A DNA stretch of 64,000 bases from Bacteroidota bacterium (GCA_027492915.1 JAPUDW010000239.1:112-64111); one strand, 5' to 3'; counted from the first letter of the stretch, positions 46,025 through 56,326 are shown. Program-made: numbers and translations. Notes: generated by a model not told the origin, from the sequence alone.

Positions 46025-46930
46025 ATGATCGAAACCGTTTTTTCGAAACCCGGCAAGTTCTGGCGTGGCAACCTGCATACGCATTCCACACTGTCTGACG
46101 GGAAGTGGCAGCCGGAGGCGGTGTGCCGGTTGTACAAGGATGCCGGCTACGACTTTGTGGCGATTACCGACCACTTCAAAGAGCGCTACGGTTGGCCGAT
46201 TGCGGATACAACGGCTTACCGCAGCGAAGGGTTTACGACACTGATTGGCGCGGAGCTGCATACGGACGGTATGGATTTCGATAACGGTTGGCATATCGTA
46301 GCGCTGGGTTTGCCCTTCGACTTTGCCCACACGCCGGTTGATGAAACGGGGCCGCAGTTGGCGCAGCGGGCGCTGGATGCGGGGGCATTCGTGATCGCGG
46401 CGCACCCGCAGTGGTATGCGATGACCGAGAACGACATGCTCTCGTTGGGGGATATTCACGCGGTAGAAATTTTTAACGCGGGGGTCGGGCACGACAGCGA
46501 CACGGCGGAAAGCACCTACATGCTCGACTTGATGTTAGCGCGGGGCAAGCGCTTTACCGCCTGCGCCACCGACGACGCGCATTTTAACGTGAATGCCCGT
46601 GACCGCATCAAAGGCTGGGTGCGGGTGAAAAGCACCGAGCTAACGCCGGAAGCCTTAATGACGGCGCTCAAAGCAGGGGATTATTATTCCAGCACCGGCC
46701 CAAGCTTGTACGATGTGCAGGTGATCCCCGGTGATAAGCTGTATGTTCGCTGTTCACCCGCCAGCCAGATTTACGCGCTGGGGCGACCGATTGAGTTCGA
46801 CAGCGTGAGCGAACACAGCATCACCGAGGCGGAGTTCAGCCTCAAAAACTGGCGCAGCGATTATGTGCGGGTGCTGGTGCGGGACGAATATCAGCATAAG
46901 GCTTGGTCAAACCCGATTTGGTTTGAATAA
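46025..46930 (+). CDS. PHP-domain metallohydrolase (CehA/McbA-like)
   Basis: GNLHTHS..SDG, ITDH, AHP, TDDAH, WSNPIW. Confidence 0.9.
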   Translation: MIETVFSKPGKFWRGNLHTHSTLSDGKWQPEAVCRLYKDAGYDFVAITDHFKERYGWPIADTTAYRSEGFTTLIGAELHTDGMDFDNGWHIVALGLPFDFAHTPVDETGPQLAQRALDAGAFVIAAHPQWYAMTENDMLSLGDIHAVEIFNAGVGHDSDTAESTYMLDLMLARGKRFTACATDDAHFNVNARDRIKGWVRVKSTELTPEALMTALKAGDYYSSTGPSLYDVQVIPGDKLYVRCSPASQIYALGRPIEFDSVSEHSITEAEFSLKNWRSDYVRVLVRDEYQHKAWSNPIWFE

Positions 46931-47445
46931 GAATACAAGACAATACGTTTACCACAGAGGCACAGAGAAAAGCAGAGAAAGACAGATTTAACCGCAGAGA
47001 CGCCAAGGATGCCAAGAAAATACGGAGTGATCAAGATTTTTAACATCACTTCGTAGGGGCGCACACTGTGCGCCCTTTTGCTTCGCAAGCTTCGCAATTT
47101 GCACGATTTCCCGCCGAAATGGCAGGCGGGAGGCTCCCGTGTGGCTGCCGAATTGTCATTTTGTGTCGGCGGGAGTGAGGGGGCGCGGCGCTGAAATGGC
47201 GCAAAATGGCGGGACTGAGGGAGCAATCCACCGCTGTGCAAATGTCGGTGCCGTCGCAGCGGATGTGAGGGATGACGCTGCCCCACAAGGGGACTATAGC
47301 TGAAAATGCAAAAACAAAAGATTTTAACGCAAAGACACAAAGATGCAGAGGACGCAAAGAAAAAAACAAAAGGATAATTCACGAGATTATTATAGAACAA
47401 AAGATCTATACGAGTCAATTTGTTTTTGTTTAGAAAATGGGTGCG

Positions 47446-47736
47446 TTAATTAAACGCATTCGGGTTGCTGGCGGCGGTGATATTCACCAAGATGGCGACG
47501 ATACCAGCCGCCCAAACGGGGATGAAGTACAGATACCCGCTGAGTTCCTTATGCATCAGCCAGCCGGTGGTGGCACGGGAACGCAGCCGCACGATGCCAT
47601 CCATGCCGATGAGTGACAGGCTGAGCGCAATCATTGTGACAGGGTTGGGCAGGTTGAGCAGCAAGCTCCCCGCGCCTGCTACCAGCGCCGCGACGACGAA
47701 CATCAGAATGCCGAGTTTATTACCTTGAATAAACAT
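47446..47736 (-). CDS. Small hypothetical membrane protein
   Basis: 96 aa, three hydrophobic segments, FIPVW motif. Confidence 0.65.
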   Translation of the reverse strand: MFIQGNKLGILMFVVAALVAGAGSLLLNLPNPVTMIALSLSLIGMDGIVRLRSRATTGWLMHKELSGYLYFIPVWAAGIVAILVNITAASNPNAFN

Positions 47737-47999
47737 TATTTATGACAGCCTATTCGATGCCTATAAATAGGTTATTTAATACAGTGAAAGGGCACCATTT
47801 GCAATTAGCGTTTGGCTTTAGCTCTATACAAAAGCATGGGATAACCAATAGAGAGTACTTTTATAGGAAAATAAGGTTTACGGTGGCACGTTCGGACGCA
47901 GCACGCTGCTTCCCTACAAGAAGATGATGTTTGCGGTGGGCGGTGCGGATGAGGCAGCGCCTCATCCCTACAAGGGGAAATGGTGTTTGGGGTGAATGA

Positions 48000-48026
48000 A
48001 AAGGACGCACAGCTTGTGCGTCCTTT
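48000..48026 (-). terminator. Hairpin terminator
   Basis: AAAGGACGCACA-gct-TGTGCGTCCTTT downstream of the FGE-domain gene. Confidence 0.65.
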
Positions 48027-48051
48027 AATAACCGTTTGATGCTTACCCGAT

Positions 48052-49533
48052 TTAGCCGGAGACCAACGTGGGCAGCGGGCCGCTCTCGGTCGGAGCAGGC
48101 GGCAGGGTGGCCGTCACGGGCGGTGCTGGTAGTTCCGGTTGAGCGTTGTTCGACTCTTCGTTACCGCCGGTGCTACCTGCGACGGTTGGCTGAGCGACCG
48201 GTGCGCCGATACTTGGATCGACGGGCGCGGCTAGGCCTGTGTCGCTGGTGTTGCTGGCGCAGCGGAAGCCTGCCCAGAGGGTCGGGCCAAGCGGCGGCAA
48301 ACTCTGGCGGTGGACGCTGCGAGCGAAGAAGGGCAGCGCGTCCCAGCTACCGCCGCGCAAGGTTTTTTCGGTTCCGGCGACTGGCCCTTTGGGGTCGACA
48401 ATCGGCGTGGCCGAGTTGGCCTGGCTGGTGTAGTACAGCGGGTCGTACCAATCGCTCACCCATTCGGCGATGTTACCCGCCATATCGAAAATGCCGTTGA
48501 AGGATGAGTAGCTGCCAACAGGGCGCGGGCCGATCAAGGTGGCGTCGCTCTCCACCGGACGGCTAGTGCGCGCGAACTGCACATCGAACGTATTACCCCA
48601 CGGGTAAATATTGTTTTGCGTCCAGCGTGCGGCACGTTCCCACTCGGCTTCGGTTGGCAGACGGCGACCCATCGCCACACAGTAGGCTTGTGCGCCGTAC
48701 CATGTTACACCCGCCACCGGATAATTGGTGATGGCGGCGTTGACACGGTAATTCTGGCTGTCGGAGATAATGTTGCTATTCTGATTTTCGGTACGGGTTT
48801 CAATACACAGTTGGCCTTCGCAGCCGTTACGGTGTTTGCCGGTGGCCGCGCCCATGCCAATTTGGGTCGAGTTCAGGAAGGCCAGATATTGGTTATAGGT
48901 GACTTCCTTATCTTCGATGTAGAAAGGGCTGACCGTTACCGAATGCGGCGGGAAGGAGTCGCTGGCGTAGTTCGGATCGCAGGTGCTGTTCCACAGGCTG
49001 GTGCATTCTTCAGCAGCAATCGCGGCTTCCGGTGCGGTTGTCCCCATTTGGAAGGCACCACCGGGAACCTGAACGAGTGGGCTGCGGATCGCCAACAAAT
49101 CATTAGGAATTTGACCGGACTGCTGGGCAACGGCGGCTGCGGTTGTCGCGGTCGGTGGTGGCGGCAGCGTGTTGGTTGGCTGCACCTGCACCTGAATATT
49201 GGTGGTCGCTGTTACCAACGGTGCTTGAACACCCGTTTCGTCAGTCGCTTCCGGTGCATCGGTGGTGGGCACTACAATACCGACGGTAGGTTCTTCAGTC
49301 GGGGTTACGGGCAAGGGGGTTGCGGTGATGACCATTACAACAGATGTTGGTGTGGCTTGACCGCCCGAAAGCGCATTAGTAATGCTTTCGGAAGCGCCGG
49401 TAATGACCAGCACAAGGAAGATAATCGCCGCGCAGCCAACGCCACCCACGAAGCCGATCACCGTCCACTGCCATGCACCCCCGCGTCGGGTTGTACCCCC
49501 GCCGCGTAATGAACCATAGTTTTGTCGCGTCAT
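48052..49533 (-). CDS. Membrane-anchored FGE-sulfatase (SUMF1/EgtB/PvdO) domain protein
   Basis: TM, PT linker, GGAFQMG, EVT..QY, RLPTEAEWERAAR, DMAGNIAEW, RGGSW, GFRC; start at MTRQ. Confidence 0.9.
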   Translation of the reverse strand: MTRQNYGSLRGGGTTRRGGAWQWTVIGFVGGVGCAAIIFLVLVITGASESITNALSGGQATPTSVVMVITATPLPVTPTEEPTVGIVVPTTDAPEATDETGVQAPLVTATTNIQVQVQPTNTLPPPPTATTAAAVAQQSGQIPNDLLAIRSPLVQVPGGAFQMGTTAPEAAIAAEECTSLWNSTCDPNYASDSFPPHSVTVSPFYIEDKEVTYNQYLAFLNSTQIGMGAATGKHRNGCEGQLCIETRTENQNSNIISDSQNYRVNAAITNYPVAGVTWYGAQAYCVAMGRRLPTEAEWERAARWTQNNIYPWGNTFDVQFARTSRPVESDATLIGPRPVGSYSSFNGIFDMAGNIAEWVSDWYDPLYYTSQANSATPIVDPKGPVAGTEKTLRGGSWDALPFFARSVHRQSLPPLGPTLWAGFRCASNTSDTGLAAPVDPSIGAPVAQPTVAGSTGGNEESNNAQPELPAPPVTATLPPAPTESGPLPTLVSG

Positions 49534-49712
49534 AGCAAAGTTCACTCCTTTTAACAGCGTACAATCATAGCCGTTAGTACGCTGAACTCCAACTGCGGAT
49601 TTTTCGGCGTGGGGGAAGCGGCGGATTAACAAGCGATGAATATTCACGCGAAAAGGGTATTCTACAGCCTTTGATGACGTAATAAGATGTTTGGGATGGT
49701 GCGAGACAGTTC

Positions 49713-49742
49713 TTGACAGGCCGTTCACCTGTGCGATACGCT
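49713..49742 (+). promoter_or_regulatory. Possible sigma70 promoter
   Basis: TTGACA-N18-TACGCT upstream of the GNAT gene. Confidence 0.4.
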
Positions 49743-49770
49743 AACAAGGACTATTAAAGGATAGTAAACT

Positions 49771-50784
49771 GTGGTCGGTTTACAGGCTTCTCAAAACACA
49801 GCATTCATTCAAGAAGGCTCACGCCCGGTCAATTTGCGTACGGATCTGGGTCAGTTGGCGGATTTGATTGAAATCGCCTTTGCCAGCAGCATGGATAGTA
49901 ACGGGCGGGCGGCAGTGCGCGAAATGCGTACCATGAGCAATCTCCCCGGTATTGGGCTGATTGGCGGCCTGAACAGCTTGATGCAGGGCATGGGCATGGG
50001 GCAAGTGTGGATTGCCGATGGCCGCTTGGTGGGTAATGTCTCGATCTACCCTGCTGATGGTTTGGGTTATGACGGGCGCGATTGGGTGATCGTCAACGTG
50101 GCGGTACATCCCGATTATCAGCGGCGCGGTATTGCCCAGCAGTTAATGGAAGCCAGCATGGAGATGATCGCCCAGCGTGGTGGGCGGCGGGCGATGCTGC
50201 AAGTGGACGCGGATAATCCAGTGGCGCGGCGCTTGTACCAGCGCTTGGGCTTCGTTGAAGAACGCGGGTGGACATCATGGCGGCGTGGCGGTGCGTACGC
50301 GATTCCACAGCCTTTCGCGGCAGAAGAACGTATCCACATCGTTCGGCGGCAATCGAACGATTGGCAGGCGGAGTATGCGCTGGCGGCTCGCGTCCGGCCA
50401 GAAGCGCTGGGTGGCCTTGGCTGGCTGCGCCCCTTGCACGAACGCCAGTTCCGGCGCAGTCTGCGGCAAACGCTGGGTGACTGGTTTAGCTTGCGCCAGC
50501 GTGAACGGCTCGCTATTCGTTCTGACGATGAGCGCGACATCCTCGCTTCCATCTGGATCGAAACCAGCCTGTCACACACCACCCAACTGACGCTGATGGT
50601 ACACCCCGACTATGAAGGCTTATACGACGAAGCGCTCATCAACACGGCAGTTCGGCGCTTCGGCACATCCGCACTAGGCATCGAACACCCGACTGACCGC
50701 ACGGTAACGAGCAGCATCCTTCAGCGTTACCAATTCTCGATGCGGCGTGAAGTCGTGCATATGGTGTGGACACCCGCTGGATAA
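49771..50784 (+). CDS. GNAT family acetyltransferase
   Basis: NVAVHPDYQRRGIA, LQVDADN..A..LY..LGF. Confidence 0.88.
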   Translation: MVGLQASQNTAFIQEGSRPVNLRTDLGQLADLIEIAFASSMDSNGRAAVREMRTMSNLPGIGLIGGLNSLMQGMGMGQVWIADGRLVGNVSIYPADGLGYDGRDWVIVNVAVHPDYQRRGIAQQLMEASMEMIAQRGGRRAMLQVDADNPVARRLYQRLGFVEERGWTSWRRGGAYAIPQPFAAEERIHIVRRQSNDWQAEYALAARVRPEALGGLGWLRPLHERQFRRSLRQTLGDWFSLRQRERLAIRSDDERDILASIWIETSLSHTTQLTLMVHPDYEGLYDEALINTAVRRFGTSALGIEHPTDRTVTSSILQRYQFSMRREVVHMVWTPAG

Positions 50785-50957
50785 GTGTCTGCTGAGAAAA
50801 TGCCGTTTCGTACCTGCTTATTGGTATTATTTCTCTCATCAATCATTGAGTTGCAGAAAGTGTGGATTTAAAGACTCTTGTCAGATGACTCTGGTAGTAG
50901 ACCTATACCGCCCCCTCATGTAGACCCTATCCTTAATAATCCTACGCGAGTAAAACA

Positions 50958-52265
50958 ATGGAAATCCTGATTATCCTGCTGCTGACGGTCGTCAACGGCC
51001 TGCTTTCGATGTCGGAAATTGCCATTGTCTCGGCGCGTAAAGTGCGCCTGTCACAAATGGCAGCCGCTGGCAGCAGCGGCGCGAAGCACGCGCTGGCCTT
51101 GGCCGAGTCGCCTAACCGTTTTCTATCCACGGTTCAAATTGGTATTACGCTGGTCGGCGTGCTGCAAGGTGCGTTCGCGGGTGCCACCTTAGCGCATCCC
51201 GTAGCGACCCTCTTTTCGCAGGTCGAGTTCCTACGCCCTGTGAGTGAGGCGCTCGGTTTATTCGTCGTGGTCGCCGTTACCACCTATTTGTCGCTGGTGG
51301 TGGGCGAGCTGGTGCCGAAGCGCTTGGGGTTGCAGAACCCTGAACGGGTGGCTTCATTGGTGGCCCCCGCGATGCACCGCCTGTCGCAGATTAGTGCGCC
51401 CATCGTGTCGTTACTCAGCATTTCTACTGATGCGCTGCTGCGTCTGCTCGGCACTAAAAATTCGGACGAGCCGCCGGTGACTGACGAGGAGATTTACTCG
51501 CTGATGGAACAGGGTGTGGAAGCGGGTATCTTCGAGGCCAACGAAGGTGATATGGTCGCCAGCATTATGGGTCTCGACGACCGCAGCGTGGCTTCGCTGA
51601 TGACCCCGCGCATGGACATCGAGTGGATTGACCTCGCCGCGCCGGCTGAAGAATCACGGTCGATGATCGGCAGCAGCCGCCACTCGCGCTTCCCTGCCGC
51701 TTACGGGTCGCTGGATCAGGTCGTGGGCATTATCCGCTCGAAGGATATGCTGGATTCGCTGCTCAAACAACAGTTGGTCGATTTTAATACCTGCATCCGC
51801 GAAGCGCTGTTCGTGCCGGAAGCCGCGACCGCTGCCCACGCGCTGGCGTTGTTCAAGCAGTCGGGCAAGCATATGGCGCTGGTCATTAGCGAGTACGGCG
51901 GGGTAGAAGGTTTGATTACCCTCAATAGTTTGATTGACCAGATCATCGGCGTGACCGAGGAACCGACTGCTGCCCAGCGCGAGGATGGCTCATGGCTGCT
52001 GGATGGCCTGCTGCCGATTGATGAGTTCAAGGAACTGCTGGAGATTAAGGCGCTGCCTGCTGAAGAAGAAGGTCATTACCAGACGCTCGGCGGTTTTGTG
52101 ATGACACAGTTGGGACGCATTCCGGCTGCTGCTGACCATTTTGAGGTGAATGGGATGCGCTTTGAGGTGATGGATATGGACGGCAGGCGCGTGGACAAAG
52201 TGCTAGTCGCGTGGGCTAAACCGGACGCCGCACCACCCACCAGCAGCACAAGCGATGCGACTTGA
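50958..52265 (+). CDS. Hemolysin-family (CNNM/DUF21-CBS-CorC) protein
   Basis: SEIAIVSARK.RL, LSTVQIGIT, GELVPK, MTPR, HSRFP, EV.DMDGRRVDKV. Confidence 0.93.
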   Translation: MEILIILLLTVVNGLLSMSEIAIVSARKVRLSQMAAAGSSGAKHALALAESPNRFLSTVQIGITLVGVLQGAFAGATLAHPVATLFSQVEFLRPVSEALGLFVVVAVTTYLSLVVGELVPKRLGLQNPERVASLVAPAMHRLSQISAPIVSLLSISTDALLRLLGTKNSDEPPVTDEEIYSLMEQGVEAGIFEANEGDMVASIMGLDDRSVASLMTPRMDIEWIDLAAPAEESRSMIGSSRHSRFPAAYGSLDQVVGIIRSKDMLDSLLKQQLVDFNTCIREALFVPEAATAAHALALFKQSGKHMALVISEYGGVEGLITLNSLIDQIIGVTEEPTAAQREDGSWLLDGLLPIDEFKELLEIKALPAEEEGHYQTLGGFVMTQLGRIPAAADHFEVNGMRFEVMDMDGRRVDKVLVAWAKPDAAPPTSSTSDAT

Positions 52266-52362
52266 TAGGGTTTTGTGAAAATCAATGCTTGTGAAATTCG
52301 TAAAGGGTAAAACGGCTCTACAATAAAAAGGTATCTGATGTCATCTAACTGAAGGTCAGACG

Positions 52363-53745
52363 ATGCCGAATAACAAGATGGAGCGTTTTACCCGACGTGC
52401 GCGGCAGGTGCTGACGCTCGCGCAAGATTACGCCGAACGTTTGCACCACAATGCGATTGACAGCCAGCATCTCCTCATGGCCTTATTTATCGAGGATGAA
52501 GGTATCGCGGCGCGTGTGCTGCATGATTTAGGCGTGGAACTGGCGCCCCTGCAAGCGGCAATTGAACGAATATCGCCCATTAACCCGCCTAGCGATAAAG
52601 CTGACGCTGATCTTTCGCAGGGCAGCAAGCGCGTGCTTGAATTGGCGGTGGATGAAGCGCGAAAGTTAGGGCATCACTACATCGGCACGGAACACCTGCT
52701 GCTGGGTCTTGTGCGAGTCGAGGATGGCGCTGGTGTTCAGGTTCTCAAGCACCTCAACATTAACCCCGAAGATGTGCGGCGGCAGACGCAGCGCGTGATG
52801 CAAGAACGCACAGAGAAAAAGAATAACGCACCGTTAAAGGGTTTTGAGACCTTACCGATTCCTTCAGGTTTTTTTACGGATCGGGCAGTGCATGTAATCA
52901 CAGCCGCTCAAGAAATTGCCGTCGAGTTCGGTCATCCCCTCATCGGCACCGAGCATTTGCTGCTGGGCATCCTGCGCGAGTCGCATGGTGTTGGCGCACG
53001 GGTACTGCGTGATCTGGCTGTGATGCCAGCGCGGGTGGAAAAGCTGATCGTGGAGCTAGGCTCGGTCAAGGTTACGCCCCAACCAACAACATTGGCCTAT
53101 GCGCCTAGCTTCAAGCGTGTACTCGAGTTTGCAGCCGATGAATCCCGCCGCTTACAAAATACCAGCCATTTGAGAAATCATTTAGTCGGTACTGAACACC
53201 TGCTTTTGGGGTTGGTGCGCCACACAGACGGCATAGCGATTGACATCCTCAAGCGGGTCGGGGTTGACCCTGATGAAGTTTGGCGGCAAACGCGGCGTGT
53301 GATGGGAGAAAAAGCATCGCTACGTCCCCACATTCCACCGCCCAAGCCACCACTTGCCGGTGCGGACAGCGATTACACCTTACTTCAAGCCACGATTTTT
53401 AAATTGTTGGAAATGGTTGCTGCGAAAACGCTGACGCTTTCACAGGTGGCTGAGCTTTTTAGTGCGCTTGCCCCCGGTTTAAAAGTCTCGATCATGGAGC
53501 AAGCCGATTTAATAAGCCAGCTTTTCCAGATGGAGAAACTACAGCACTACCAAGTGCGCCTTCGCGTCACCGATTCGTCCGGCGCAGAAACACCGGGCGA
53601 AACAATGCTGCCGCTCACCCGTTTACTCACCGAAGTCGACACCTTTTTGGATCGGGTTATCAACCAACCCGAAACCCCGCTCGTCTATACACAGGATGGG
53701 TTCACGCTTGAGGTGCGGATTGAAAAGGGAGAGCCGGATGTTTAA
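52363..53745 (+). CDS. Clp N-terminal (Clp R) double-domain protein with SHOCT-like C-terminal module, no AAA+ domain
   Basis: ERFT.RA..VL..AQ, four HLL motifs (three GTEHLLLG), then FKLLEMVAAKTLT.SQ.AELF.AL and VRLRVTD. Confidence 0.85.
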   Translation: MPNNKMERFTRRARQVLTLAQDYAERLHHNAIDSQHLLMALFIEDEGIAARVLHDLGVELAPLQAAIERISPINPPSDKADADLSQGSKRVLELAVDEARKLGHHYIGTEHLLLGLVRVEDGAGVQVLKHLNINPEDVRRQTQRVMQERTEKKNNAPLKGFETLPIPSGFFTDRAVHVITAAQEIAVEFGHPLIGTEHLLLGILRESHGVGARVLRDLAVMPARVEKLIVELGSVKVTPQPTTLAYAPSFKRVLEFAADESRRLQNTSHLRNHLVGTEHLLLGLVRHTDGIAIDILKRVGVDPDEVWRQTRRVMGEKASLRPHIPPPKPPLAGADSDYTLLQATIFKLLEMVAAKTLTLSQVAELFSALAPGLKVSIMEQADLISQLFQMEKLQHYQVRLRVTDSSGAETPGETMLPLTRLLTEVDTFLDRVINQPETPLVYTQDGFTLEVRIEKGEPDV

Positions 53746-53822
53746 AGTCCAACCGAGTAGTATTGTAATTTTTTTGATGGTGTTGAATTTAGCTTACAAC
53801 TGAATAGCAAGGGATAACGATT

Positions 53823-54194
53823 ATGGCGATGGAAATGATGACGAAGATACTCGAAATGGTGGGTGAAAATAAACTGTCTCCGGCGCAGGCGACCGAACTC
53901 CTGCAGGGGCTTGACCTTGACCTGACTCTTACTGCCGCTGGTAAGGTGAAGTTTGCCAGCTTGACCAACCGCAGTGGTATTGACATCAAACGGCGTGTGC
54001 GGGTAGTCGTCTATGACTCGGAGACCAAGCAGCCGCTTTTCGAGATTATTAACTCGCTGAACGATATGCTGCGCTATATCGACCACTTTTTACAATTGGT
54101 GGCGGATAACGAGTTCGAGTCGCTGGTGCTGGATGGTGATGTGTCGCCGATCATCACCGAACTGCGTATCGAGGCGGACGAGCCGAGCGGTTAA
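53823..54194 (+). CDS. SHOCT-like domain protein paralogous to the C-terminus of the preceding gene
   Basis: KILEMVGENKLSPAQATELLQGL...RVRVVVYD...ELRIE. Confidence 0.75.
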   Translation: MAMEMMTKILEMVGENKLSPAQATELLQGLDLDLTLTAAGKVKFASLTNRSGIDIKRRVRVVVYDSETKQPLFEIINSLNDMLRYIDHFLQLVADNEFESLVLDGDVSPIITELRIEADEPSG

Positions 54195-54197
54195 AGG

Positions 54198-54716
54198 ATG
54201 TGGAAAACGCTCATACGGTGGGTTTTCGGGCAGGATCATCACCCACGGCAAACCAATGACAAACAAGAGCGGTTTACCGTGCGGTCGCGGAATGTATTGG
54301 CGATTAGCCATCAAATCGCTGAAGAACGGCACGACAGCCTCATTCGCACAGAACATATCCTGCTTGCCATAGTGCGCGAAGGGGGTGGCATTGCGGGTAT
54401 GGCATTGAAGCAGTGGGGTATCACGGCTGAGAAATTAGAGCCTATTCTGTATGACAATAGCATTCCGCAGCCAGACCAACCGACCATAATTAAATTAGCG
54501 CCTGAGACCAAAAAGCTGCTTGAACTGGCGGTGGATGAAGCGCGTCGGCAAGGCATTAGGGCTATCGGTAGTGAGCAGCTGCTTTTGGGCATGACGCATC
54601 AAAAGAATCTGCCGCCGATGAAAGCTCTCGTTCAACTGGGGATTACGGTGCGGATGGTGCGTGAAACGGTTCGTACCCTTATGCTGAAATCAGCAGACGC
54701 AGAATCAGAACCCTAA
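54198..54716 (+). CDS. Stand-alone Clp N-terminal domain protein
   Basis: ERFT.RS..VL, TEHILLAI.REG.GIA, KKLLELAVDEAR..G...IGSEQLLLG. Confidence 0.85.
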   Translation: MWKTLIRWVFGQDHHPRQTNDKQERFTVRSRNVLAISHQIAEERHDSLIRTEHILLAIVREGGGIAGMALKQWGITAEKLEPILYDNSIPQPDQPTIIKLAPETKKLLELAVDEARRQGIRAIGSEQLLLGMTHQKNLPPMKALVQLGITVRMVRETVRTLMLKSADAESEP

Positions 54717-54741
54717 ATTAGGCGTGACGATCTTCAATCGT

Positions 54742-54768
54742 GGGAACACTTTATAGGGATATAGCGTA
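54742..54768 (+). promoter_or_regulatory. Putative ECF promoter GGGAAC-N17-CGTA
   Basis: Same spacing as the promoter at 25744. Confidence 0.45.
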
Positions 54769-54830
54769 TCTCGCTCACTTTCCAAACCCACACCTACGAT
54801 TTACTTGATGCCCCTCATCTTCACACAATC

Positions 54831-54864
54831 AAAAAGGCGCGCCCACACGGACGCGCCTTTTTTT
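54831..54864. terminator. Bidirectional intrinsic terminator
   Basis: AAAAAGGCGCG...CGCGCCTTTTTTT between convergent genes. Confidence 0.8.
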
Positions 54865-54886
54865 ATCGTTTTGTGAGTAGCCGAAA

Positions 54887-56326
54887 CTACGCCGGTGTAC
54901 TCTCAGCCGTAGCTTCCTCGGTTGGCTCTGTCGTAGCCGTCGGTGGCCGTGGGGTCGCGGTTGGGCGCGGTGTGCTGCTCGGCGGCACATCGGTTGCAGT
55001 TGGTGGCACGGCGGTGTTGGTCGGCTTCGGTGTGTTCGTTGCCGGCACATCGGTGTTCGTCGGTTCCGTCGTGTTGGTCGGCTCTGCGGTATTCGTTGGC
55101 AGCGGTGTTTCGGTCGCCTCCGGGGTCGCTGTGAATTCACTGGTCGCGCTCGGCGGCGGCAGGGTCAGCGTCGGGGTGGGGGTCGGCAGCGGCACATTCA
55201 CACCGGAAAGCAGTTGGAACGTCCCCAGCACCTTCACCAATTCACTGTGCGAAGCCTGTGCGGTGTCGTCGTTCAGGTCAACGTTCGCTTCGAAGATACG
55301 CAGGTTCGCGCTGTAAACGGTGTTGTTCTCGCCGTTAATTAGCAGCGCCACGCCGCTGTTCGGGTTGCCGTCGGTATCGGTGTAGGTATACGCCACCGAG
55401 AAACCAGCCAGTGTGCCGCGTGTAATCGGCTCGGTGCTGGTCACCGTCGCGCCTGCTACATTGGTCGTTACCCATGTACCCGCAGCCGCTTCATCTAACG
55501 GTGCTGATACGGATTGTGACTGCACGCGCAAAACTTCGTTCGCGCCGTTGATGGTCGTCGGGCGGCCAATCGCGGTATCCGTGATGCTCCAATTCGAAGG
55601 GTAGCGGACGACAAGGTTATTGCTGGGGTCAAAGAAGGCCCGCCAGTCGCCCGGTGTCCCCGCGAAAATGCGGTTCGGCTTAAAGCTGGTGACCACATGA
55701 TCCATCAAGAACTTCAGCAGTTCAATCTGGTTATCGGGTGTGACCACACGGATGCTGTAAATCCAGTCGGTGTCCCACCACGCCACCTGCCGCGCTACGA
55801 AAATCTGACCGCGTGTGTTCTTCAATTCGAAGTCGATAGTCAGCTTATCACCGTCACGGGTGCGGGATGTTTCACGGTAATTCAAACCCGTTTCGGCGTA
55901 GCGGGCGTAATTGGCCCAGCTTGAGTTGAGGCTTGCCGAGTTATATATGGCATCAACCTCGTCCAAGTCAGCCACGACCGTCGGTGAAATTTGCACCGAG
56001 GTTTGGATAACGCTGAGCAGCGTCCCATTGTTCATGGTGATTTCCACACCTTCGGGCTTGCTGGTTTCTTGTCCCGGAATCCAGCCTGTGGGGGTGGCGA
56101 CACTGAATAACCCGCTGGGATGCAAGTAATCGTTGTCGAATGAAATGGTGGTGAAATCGGTCAACACCGGCGGTGGTGTGACGGTCGGGACGGTGGTCGC
56201 CTCGATTGTTGCAAGAGTGTTGGTCGCGTTATTCTGGAAAATCGGTAAGATGGCGCTCAATGCAATGGCGGCGATCATAACACCGCCCAAAATCATTGAT
56301 GCCCGACGTGCGGCTGAATGTTCCAT
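54887..56326 (-). CDS. Membrane-anchored exported protein with two PsbP/DcrB-like domains and a Pro/Thr-rich tail
   Basis: N-terminal TM; FSVATPTGW and VVRYPSNW motifs; (PTNT/PTAT)n tail. Confidence 0.75.
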   Translation of the reverse strand: MEHSAARRASMILGGVMIAAIALSAILPIFQNNATNTLATIEATTVPTVTPPPVLTDFTTISFDNDYLHPSGLFSVATPTGWIPGQETSKPEGVEITMNNGTLLSVIQTSVQISPTVVADLDEVDAIYNSASLNSSWANYARYAETGLNYRETSRTRDGDKLTIDFELKNTRGQIFVARQVAWWDTDWIYSIRVVTPDNQIELLKFLMDHVVTSFKPNRIFAGTPGDWRAFFDPSNNLVVRYPSNWSITDTAIGRPTTINGANEVLRVQSQSVSAPLDEAAAGTWVTTNVAGATVTSTEPITRGTLAGFSVAYTYTDTDGNPNSGVALLINGENNTVYSANLRIFEANVDLNDDTAQASHSELVKVLGTFQLLSGVNVPLPTPTPTLTLPPPSATSEFTATPEATETPLPTNTAEPTNTTEPTNTDVPATNTPKPTNTAVPPTATDVPPSSTPRPTATPRPPTATTEPTEEATAESTPA

